DNA from: Roseovarius sp.
GTDB lineage: Bacteria > Pseudomonadota > Alphaproteobacteria > Rhodobacterales > Rhodobacteraceae
DNA: 36,464 bases
Reading direction: 5' to 3'
Assembly (NCBI GenBank): GCA_021767845.1
Contig: JAASSQ010000001.1
Span: 1 to 36,464, forward strand
Shown here: positions 29,847 to 36,464 of the stretch, in pieces
Layout: every line of letters starts with the position of its first letter
Numbering within the stretch: position 1 is the first letter of the stretch
Notes under the pieces: model-generated
What the model was told of the DNA's origin: nothing
Seen by the model: the letters and a program-made list of their open reading frames with translations, nothing else
The model's database searches: none
Position numbers and translations under genes: made by a program

Positions 29847-29875
29847 TGTATAGTCAGCCCTTGCGGAAATGTGAA
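29847..29875 (-). promoter_or_regulatory. Candidate sigma70 promoter for sqdB
   Basis: TTCACA-N17-TATACA on the minus strand, 35 nt before the ATG. Confidence 0.5.
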
Positions 29876-29902
29876 TTTCGAATTCCGTGCCGCTTGGCGC
29901 GG

Positions 29903-30601
29903 TCACGGGGGCGGTATGGGTCGTGTCTCGTAGCCGAGTCGCTCGAAGTCGCGCGCGTATGCCCTGTTGATGGCCTCGACCGCCTTTTCAGTGAAGGTGA
30001 GCAGGTGTTTGTCAGATACGTCGCTGCGCTTGCCCGCGAAATGCGTTTCGGGGGGCAGGCCGGTTTCTTCGGCAAGTTGTTGCCAGTCCGCATCGAAGGA
30101 TTCGAGCCGTCCGATGAAGTCGAAGGACAGCCTGTCGAAAGACAGGTTGAGAGTCTGCGGGCGCCAATGGGCGTTCTGGCGGTCGGCCGGTTGATCGCAG
30201 ACAGCCAGGGTGAATTCCTCGAATGTGGGGCAGTATTCCTCGGGAAAGCCGGCCTGACGGCGGAACGAGCCTTGTTTCTGAGGTGTCACGATCTTGTTCA
30301 GGTAAACGGATTTCAACCGATCGAACGGGTTGCGGACAAACGAGAACACGAATTTTCCATCAAGGTGGTCCCGTTCGCGGCCGCGGATCCTGTTTCCGGT
30401 GAGCAGGGGGGAAGCAGACCGGTCATGAACCGAGGTCCTTGGCACGAAGGCCGGGTCCTGCAGTTCCGCACGTTGCAGCGTCAGCTTGATGGTCGAACAC
30501 GCGACCTTGGGATTGTTGACATAAACCACGCCGAAGCGCTCCGAGATATGGAGCGATCGTGCAAATGCGGTGCCGGTCAAACTTGTCGTGTTTGAAGTCA
30601 T
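29903..30601 (-). CDS. Sulfotransferase family 2 (HNK-1/chondroitin sulfotransferase-like)
   Basis: PKVACSTIK, FSFVRNPFDRLKSVY, HWRPQ, DFIGRLESF, YARDFERLGY; ATGA overlap fixes the start at 30601. Confidence 0.88.
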   Translation of the reverse strand: MTSNTTSLTGTAFARSLHISERFGVVYVNNPKVACSTIKLTLQRAELQDPAFVPRTSVHDRSASPLLTGNRIRGRERDHLDGKFVFSFVRNPFDRLKSVYLNKIVTPQKQGSFRRQAGFPEEYCPTFEEFTLAVCDQPADRQNAHWRPQTLNLSFDRLSFDFIGRLESFDADWQQLAEETGLPPETHFAGKRSDVSDKHLLTFTEKAVEAINRAYARDFERLGYETRPIPPP

Positions 30602-31530
30602 GCGCGGAACATCCGCGGAGGCGGGGCGGCATCGTAGCTGATGCGCCGCGGCGCGCAGCGCCAGTGGGAGAGATCGAACCCGAATTCGGCTTCGAACCGG
30701 TCCGCGCAGGGCAGAACGTGCCTTTTCTGCCATCTTGCGTATTCGGTCTCGGTGATCGCGGTGGTCCAGCTGCTTTGACGCGCAAGGGCGGCGGCCACGT
30801 CATCCGCTGAAGCACCCTCGTAGACACGCGAATTCCTGCGTTGCGCGCAGAACACCAGGGTATTTGCGGGGATCCTGAACTTCTTGCCCAGGCTGTGAAA
30901 TTCCGCCGGTGCGCCGCCCGCGTAGACATAGCGGGGCATGACACCGGCATTGACCGGCTTTTTTTCCAGAATGCGCTTGGCATGGCCCGTGTCCGGCAGG
31001 CCTAGGAAGTCCAGGATCTTCGCCACGAAGACCGGATCGGAGGTGGCGATATCGGTCTCGTAGAACAGCGGCAGCACGTTTTCGCGGCCGAAAAAGTCGT
31101 AGCAGCGCGTGATCGCCGATCCGATCTGCGACAGGAGACGCGACATGCTTGGCACATGCGACTGGAACGACGTGCCGGCCTCACGTGCGCAGATATTCTG
31201 AAGGTAGCGCGAATAGCCGCGTTCGATCGGGCGGCGCAGCACGAAAATCACCTTGGTGTCGCGGCCCAGTGTCTGGGCGATGCGCTCGACCGGCTGCGGA
31301 TCGAGGTAGGACGGAGAGACCTCGCCGATGATGTCCTTGTCCTTTTGGTTCGCAAAATGCGCGGCATAGTCGGCAAGGGGTTTCGTATCGAAATCGCGGT
31401 TGAAGTAATGCAGTTCCTTGGGGTGCGACAGCCCGATCGACGGATGCTGCGACAGGATCCGGTAAATCAGCGACGTGCCGGATTTCCCCTGACCGAGCAC
31501 GACGAAGCGCGGGAGCGTCTTCCGGGTCAT
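30598..31530 (-). CDS. Sulfotransferase (heparan-sulfate sulfotransferase-like domain)
   Basis: GQGKSGTS, QHPSI...PKELHYFN, GEVSPSYL, KVIFVLRRPIERGYSRY. Confidence 0.87.
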   Translation of the reverse strand: MTRKTLPRFVVLGQGKSGTSLIYRILSQHPSIGLSHPKELHYFNRDFDTKPLADYAAHFANQKDKDIIGEVSPSYLDPQPVERIAQTLGRDTKVIFVLRRPIERGYSRYLQNICAREAGTSFQSHVPSMSRLLSQIGSAITRCYDFFGRENVLPLFYETDIATSDPVFVAKILDFLGLPDTGHAKRILEKKPVNAGVMPRYVYAGGAPAEFHSLGKKFRIPANTLVFCAQRRNSRVYEGASADDVAAALARQSSWTTAITETEYARWQKRHVLPCADRFEAEFGFDLSHWRCAPRRISYDAAPPPRMFRA

Positions 31531-34100
31531 GATGCGCAGCTCTTCACGGGTGCTGCGGCGTTCGGGGTGCAGCCGGGCAAAGCCGCAACGATCTTGGCAT
31601 GGGCTTGTGCCGTCCGTTCCGCGACGAGGGTTTCGCGCAGTTCGAGCGCTTGGGTCCGGGCGCGTTCGGGATTATCCAGGACGGCGCGAATGGCAAGCGC
31701 CCAATCCGCGGCGGATGCGCCGGGCGGCATCGCATCGGCAAGGGATGGGCGCAGGATTTCGCTTGTTCCGCCGACGTCCGAGCCGACAATCGGCACGCCC
31801 GTCATCGCCACTTCGAGAAGCATGGTCGGAACACCGTCCCATGCGGACGTGTAAAGCCAGCAGTCCGCCTGATCCAGGGGCAGGTCGCGGAAGGCGGCAT
31901 AGGCGCCTTCCAGCACCAGGTTCGGAGGCGTCGGCGGCAGTGGTGCCGCGCCCATCACCTTGTCGCCCCAGACGTGGAAATCGCAGTCCGGCATTTGTGC
32001 GGCGATGTCGAATACGAGGTCGATCCGTTTTTGAGGGTCAAGGCGCCCGGCCCAGTAGATACGGGGTCGCCGCCCCGGTTTTTCCTTGGGCGGCGCGGCA
32101 ACGGGAATCGATGAATCAACGGGATTGGGGAGAACACGGATCTTGTGCCGTTGTGCGGGCGGCACGCCGTAGCGCCGGATCAGGTCGTCGGCCAGAAAGC
32201 GGCTGTCCGTCAGAACCCCGCTGAGTTGATCGAAATGGCGATAAACCCGGCGGAGGGGATACCCCGTCCAGTGCCCCGTCGCAGACTGTTCATTGCACAG
32301 CAGAAGCGCATGGAGATGCATCGACGTGGAAAGGGCGGTGCCATAAGGGGTCATCATGTCCCACATCAGACGCGAGTTCACGTTGAACACGCAGCGCGGA
32401 TGCAAGGCGCGCAGGAATTCGGCAAGCACCCTTTGGCGCGGGTCCCCGTTCAGTTCGGGCGCGAGCTTGGCAAAATCGACGTGCCGCACGCCGTCGGGCA
32501 GTTTCCCGTGCGGCATGGGGCCGGGGCGGTCGGTGGTCACCACGACGACCTGGTCCGCGCCATGCGCCGCGGCAAGTGCGCGGGCAAGATGGCCCTCGGC
32601 ACGCGGGGCCGATCCGAACCGGCTTCGGTTTACACAGATGACGAATTGGGCCCGCTTGCCGTCCGCGGCAAGAAAGAGGCGCCAGATGGCCGCGACCCGC
32701 TTGACGGCGGGATCGCTGTGAAGCGGGGGCACCTTCAGCTGCGGCACCTCCGTCCAGCCCTGGCCGATCAGCGGCTCGTGCTGCTCGGCGCGCCTGACCT
32801 GTTCGCCGAGCGGGCCGGATTCGAGCCGCGACCGCAGCTCGTTCTGGCGCTCGCGCCAAAGATCGAACAGTGCCTGGGGCGATTTGCCCATCATCTCGGC
32901 GATCGTTTCGAAATCGGTGAACGGGGCGCCGGTCCAGGCCGTGTCGGTCGCGCTTGCCGTCTGAACCCAATGGTGGAATGCATTTGTCCGGCTCTTGGCC
33001 AGTTCGGGGTGGCGGGCCTTGTAGTGGCGCGCCGAGAAAAACGGGGTCGGGCAGCGCCCTTCGGCCTCGCCGGCCCTGATATAATGGGCGATTGGATCAA
33101 TCTCTTCCTGGATCAGGATGTCGGGGTAGCGTGACAGGTAATAGGCGTGGTCGAAATATGGTTCGGTCTCGGCATAGGCTTTCCTGTCGGTGACGACGCC
33201 CGTGCGCGCCTTGGCCCGTGTGACACGGTTTTCCAATGCGGCGCCGTGATGCGGTGGCGTGACGTTGGCCCCAGGTTCCTCGGGACCGGGGCGGAACGCT
33301 TGGGCCAGGCGACCCACGAGGCCGGGTCTACCCGGCCCATCGCCATCGGCGCCCAGATCCGAGACCCGATCGATCGCCATGCACTCGAGCTGCCGGATGA
33401 GCGCGCGCCGGGTCCGGCTTTCGGAGACAAGGGATGAGTCCCGCCGCCGTTTGAAGATGATGGTGTTCTTGACCGATGCGTGATGCCAGCCCGCCGCCAT
33501 CGTTTCGATCGAGAATTGCCAGTCCTGGAATGACAGCCCGGCCGGAATGTCGCGGGCCACGTAGGGATGCTCGAGGAAAGCCTCGCGCGGGGCCATGCAG
33601 AGGCTGTCGTAGTAGTTCATGAAATAGAAGTGCTGCGGCGCGAACAGGGCGTCGTCCTGCTCGGGCTTGAAAAAGACGGAATGCCCCCCGTCAAACAGCC
33701 AGTTCAGTTCCGGGTGCGCGATGGAGCGGCGGCCCATCGCGGAATCCGCCCGCAACCTTTCCACGGCCGCGCGCAGCCAGTTCCGCGAGAAAAGGTCATC
33801 GGCATCGAGAAAGGCGATGAAGCGGCCCTTGGTTCGCGGAACGACCGCGTTGCGCACGCGCCCCAGATCGCCTTCATCGAAGTCGAGCAGCGTCCAGCTA
33901 TCGGCGGCGTTGTGTTCGAACCATTGTCGAGTGTCGGCGGTCGCCTTGTCCAGCGCAACGATCCGTTCGACCTTGATTCCGGCATCTTCGGCCGCCGCGA
34001 TAGCATCATTCGCCGATGCAAGCGTGGGGCCGCAAACCAGCGTCTCGTCATGTGCTGTCAATACGACCGAGAGCTCGCAGCCCCCCGCCCGGAAAATCAT
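31527..34100 (-). CDS. Multidomain glycosyltransferase: GT2 + central repeat module + GT4
   Basis: IAFLDADD (GT2); FDHAYYLSRYPDI...HYIRAGEAEGRCPTPFF module; WAGRLDPQKR and SAWDGVPTMLLE (GT4); ATG 34100 or TTG 34106. Confidence 0.85.
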   Translation of the reverse strand: MIFRAGGCELSVVLTAHDETLVCGPTLASANDAIAAAEDAGIKVERIVALDKATADTRQWFEHNAADSWTLLDFDEGDLGRVRNAVVPRTKGRFIAFLDADDLFSRNWLRAAVERLRADSAMGRRSIAHPELNWLFDGGHSVFFKPEQDDALFAPQHFYFMNYYDSLCMAPREAFLEHPYVARDIPAGLSFQDWQFSIETMAAGWHHASVKNTIIFKRRRDSSLVSESRTRRALIRQLECMAIDRVSDLGADGDGPGRPGLVGRLAQAFRPGPEEPGANVTPPHHGAALENRVTRAKARTGVVTDRKAYAETEPYFDHAYYLSRYPDILIQEEIDPIAHYIRAGEAEGRCPTPFFSARHYKARHPELAKSRTNAFHHWVQTASATDTAWTGAPFTDFETIAEMMGKSPQALFDLWRERQNELRSRLESGPLGEQVRRAEQHEPLIGQGWTEVPQLKVPPLHSDPAVKRVAAIWRLFLAADGKRAQFVICVNRSRFGSAPRAEGHLARALAAAHGADQVVVVTTDRPGPMPHGKLPDGVRHVDFAKLAPELNGDPRQRVLAEFLRALHPRCVFNVNSRLMWDMMTPYGTALSTSMHLHALLLCNEQSATGHWTGYPLRRVYRHFDQLSGVLTDSRFLADDLIRRYGVPPAQRHKIRVLPNPVDSSIPVAAPPKEKPGRRPRIYWAGRLDPQKRIDLVFDIAAQMPDCDFHVWGDKVMGAAPLPPTPPNLVLEGAYAAFRDLPLDQADCWLYTSAWDGVPTMLLEVAMTGVPIVGSDVGGTSEILRPSLADAMPPGASAADWALAIRAVLDNPERARTQALELRETLVAERTAQAHAKIVAALPGCTPNAAAPVKSCAS

Positions 34101-34446
34101 GTCCAAAACCTTTCGCCCTCAGGTTTCCAAGGTGATGCATTGCGTGCATGGCAAGCCGCCTCGGGCTGCAAATAGCCAGAAGGTGCCACGGGTTTCAATG
34201 CAAAATACCCGCATTGAGGGTATTGCGGGAACAAATTGACCTTGAGGGTTGTTGTCATTACACCCGTGGAAAATGCAAATCCTGAAGTTGTGCCAAGCTG
34301 AATGAAAACGACCCAAGCGTGTTCCTTGGTTCTTTGCGTGGGCTTGGCCGGGGTCATTACGGCAGCGGTGGACACGGCTTCGAAAACCAGAACAGCAATC
34401 GCGCGCGGGCCCTTGGGCGCCGCGCGTCCGTCGAGGGAGACTAGCC

Positions 34447-35598
34447 TTGAAGAAGCGTCCTGTCTGGATCGCCGGCGCCGGATTGTCTGGCGCGGTGATA
34501 GCCCGCCAACTCGCCGAAGCCGGTCATCCGGTCGAAGTGTTCGACTCAAGGGATCACGTGGCCGGCAATTGCTACACGGAACGCGATGCTGAAACCGGGG
34601 TTCTGGTGCATCACTACGGGCCGCATATCTTCCATACGAATGACATGGAGGTGTGGGATTATCTGCGCCGCTTCGGCACCTTTCGGGAGTATGCCCACAG
34701 GGTCTGGACAACGGTGGGCGGGCGCGTCTATCCGCTTCCGATTTCGCTGGCCACCATCAACCAGTTCTACGGCCGGTCGCTCCGCCCGGCCGAGGCGCGC
34801 GATTTCATCGCGGAACGCGCCGATCCGATTGCCGCGCCGGAGACCTTCGAGGAACAGGCCCTGTCGATGATCGGCCGCGATTTGTACGAGGCGTTCTTTC
34901 GCGGCTATACCGAGAAGCAATGGGGCCGGTCGCCGCGCGAGCTGCCCGCCTCGATCCTGAAGCGGCTTCCGGTGCGGTTTTCCTACGAGGGCAGTTATTT
35001 CGCCCATTCGGTACAGGCCATGCCGGAAGACGGTTACACGCCGATCGTGTCGGCGATGCTGGATCATCCCGGGATCCGACTGCACCTGTCCACCCCGCTT
35101 TCACGCGCAGAGGTGCCGAAGGATGCACATCTTTTCTGGTCCGGGCCGCTGGACGCCTATTTCGGTCACGTGCACGGGGATCTGGGCTATCGCACACTGG
35201 ATTTCGAGCACGAGATCCACCCCGGCGATTTTCAGGGATGCCCGGTCATGAATTACGGCGACCCGGAGGTTCCATTCACCCGGATCACCGAACACAAGCA
35301 TTTCATGCCTTGGGAAGACCACGACAAGAGCGTCGTGACGCGGGAATATTCACGCGCCTGCGAAAACGGCGACATTCCCTATTACCCGATCCGTCTCGTG
35401 GCCGAAAAGGATGTCCTGCGCCGGTATGTGCAGGCTGCCGAGGGGTGCGATGGGGTCACCTTCGTCGGCCGGCTCGGCACATACCGGTATCTGGACATGG
35501 ATGTCTGTGTCCGTGAGGCACTGGATTGCGCACGGGCCTTTCTGAACGCGGAAGCCTCGGGGGTCTCTCTGCCGCCGTTTGTCGCGGCCCCGCTTTGA
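34447..35598 (+). CDS. glf: UDP-galactopyranose mutase
   Basis: GAGLSG, HHYGPHIFHT, GYTEKQWG, FTRITEHKHF, PYYP, GRLGTYRYLDMD; TTG start after GGGAG. Confidence 0.96.
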   Translation: MKKRPVWIAGAGLSGAVIARQLAEAGHPVEVFDSRDHVAGNCYTERDAETGVLVHHYGPHIFHTNDMEVWDYLRRFGTFREYAHRVWTTVGGRVYPLPISLATINQFYGRSLRPAEARDFIAERADPIAAPETFEEQALSMIGRDLYEAFFRGYTEKQWGRSPRELPASILKRLPVRFSYEGSYFAHSVQAMPEDGYTPIVSAMLDHPGIRLHLSTPLSRAEVPKDAHLFWSGPLDAYFGHVHGDLGYRTLDFEHEIHPGDFQGCPVMNYGDPEVPFTRITEHKHFMPWEDHDKSVVTREYSRACENGDIPYYPIRLVAEKDVLRRYVQAAEGCDGVTFVGRLGTYRYLDMDVCVREALDCARAFLNAEASGVSLPPFVAAPL

Positions 35599-35611
35599 AC
35601 GCGCCTTGACC

Positions 35612-36037
35612 CTAGCGTCGGGTCAACGCCGCCTCGAACTCGGCGAGGGCCAGCTGCACGTCATCTGCGTCCGGCGCCTCTTGAATCCGTTTGGCGAATG
35701 TCCGGCGCAGGCCCGTAAGACGTGCCGTCAGAGCGGCATGGACCTCGGCCCGGTCGAGGATGGTTTTTGCCAGTTCCCCGATGCTGCAGCGAACTTCGTC
35801 GGCCTCGATTTGCAGAAGCCTGACCTGGGCGTCGCTGGCCATGCCATGCACGTAGGCGTCAGCCGCCGCCGCCTTGCGCCCCCAGGACAGCTGCTCGGAC
35901 AGGGGCACGCCGGCGCTCAGGTCTTTCGCTTCGAGGTCCAGCGCCGCGACCACGCGGGCAAGAGCCTGATCGCGGGCGGCTTCGATCCCGGCTGCGGCAA
36001 GTTCGTCCTGTGTTCTGATCGCCAAGCTGAATGTCAT
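35612..36037 (-). CDS. Hypothetical helical protein resembling phage tail-fibre accessory proteins
   Basis: RBS AAGGAG, ATGA-coupled to the upstream gene; EQLSWGRKAAAA...LLQIEA...LAKTIL pattern recalled from phage tail-associated proteins. Confidence 0.55.
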   Translation of the reverse strand: MTFSLAIRTQDELAAAGIEAARDQALARVVAALDLEAKDLSAGVPLSEQLSWGRKAAAADAYVHGMASDAQVRLLQIEADEVRCSIGELAKTILDRAEVHAALTARLTGLRRTFAKRIQEAPDADDVQLALAEFEAALTRR

Positions 36038-36357
36038 TCCGTGGTCTCCTTTCGGGTGGCGGGTATCGCGACCGGCCCATCGTGAGCGACGAGGCTCCAG
36101 TGATCGGGGTCCGTGGGTTGATGCGGGTTCGCATCATCGCCAAGCACAACGCGGACGCGGCAGGCGATCACGCCATCGTGGCGGGTGATCTTGCCAACGA
36201 AGGGATGGTTCCCGCCTTGCGGTGTCGCCTCGCCGCCTTCGGGCACGGCGCCCAGGTTGTAGGCGGTCCCGTCCACGGTGATCGTGTCGCCGCTGACGAT
36301 GATCTCGGTTTCGGCCTGGTCGGGCAGACCGCGTGTTGGGAGCAGTGTCAGTTGCAT
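36034..36357 (-). CDS. Hypothetical beta-rich protein of the type found right after phage tail-fibre genes
   Basis: RBS AGGAGG; GDTITVDGTAYNLGAVPEG pattern recalled from proteobacterial prophage tail modules. Confidence 0.6.
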   Translation of the reverse strand: MQLTLLPTRGLPDQAETEIIVSGDTITVDGTAYNLGAVPEGGEATPQGGNHPFVGKITRHDGVIACRVRVVLGDDANPHQPTDPDHWSLVAHDGPVAIPATRKETTE

Positions 36358-36368
36358 GTCATCCTCCT

Positions 36369-36464
36369 TCAGAACCAGCGGCCCACGGCCATTGCGCGCA
36401 CCGTGTAGGTGTCGGCAGGATCGAAATTCGTTGTGCCCCCTGCCGAACGATAAAGATCGACGAT
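36369..36464 (-). CDS. 3' end of a gene cut by the window edge; probable tail-fibre C-terminal (gp53-like) domain
   Basis: Hand translation IVDLYRSAGGTTNFDPADTYTVRAMAVGRWF*; a terminal AxGRW(F/K) is typical of tail-fibre C-termini; absent from the ORF track. Confidence 0.55.
   Translation of the reverse strand: MVDLYRSAGGTTNFDPADTYTVRAMAVGRWF

Noticed and set aside
34174-34295. Sigma54 promoters at TGGCAC motifs on the minus strand
   Set aside because: GG-N10-GC spacing is not satisfied

Overview
GC-rich alphaproteobacterial chromosomal window; gene content and order point to Rhodobacteraceae/Roseobacter group (inference). Left part (1-19.1 kb) looks like core genome: DMT transporter, dnaK-dnaJ with an RpoH-type promoter, alkB, an orphan KpsM-like permease, a cysQ-kdsB-galU-galE-GT2-GT2-GT14-sulfotransferase glycan cluster, and rnd-lptCAB-hpf-ptsN with no kdsD or rpoN. 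Right part (19.2-35.6 kb) is a surface-polysaccharide locus: WbbM-like DUF4422/GT111+GT8 polymerase, WbbN/GlfT1-like GT2, KpsM/E/T exporter, RTX protein, stand-alone sqdB, three more sulfotransferases, a GT2-GT4 fusion and glf. The window ends in a phage tail-fibre-like module. Best leads: (1) a probable sulfated, possibly sulfoquinovosylated, galactofuranose-containing galactan capsule; (2) a ~150-nt structured leader with a possibly leaderless 33-codon uORF in front of hpf; (3) tail-fibre genes abutting the capsule locus. All calls come from motif recognition by eye; no searches or folding programs were run.
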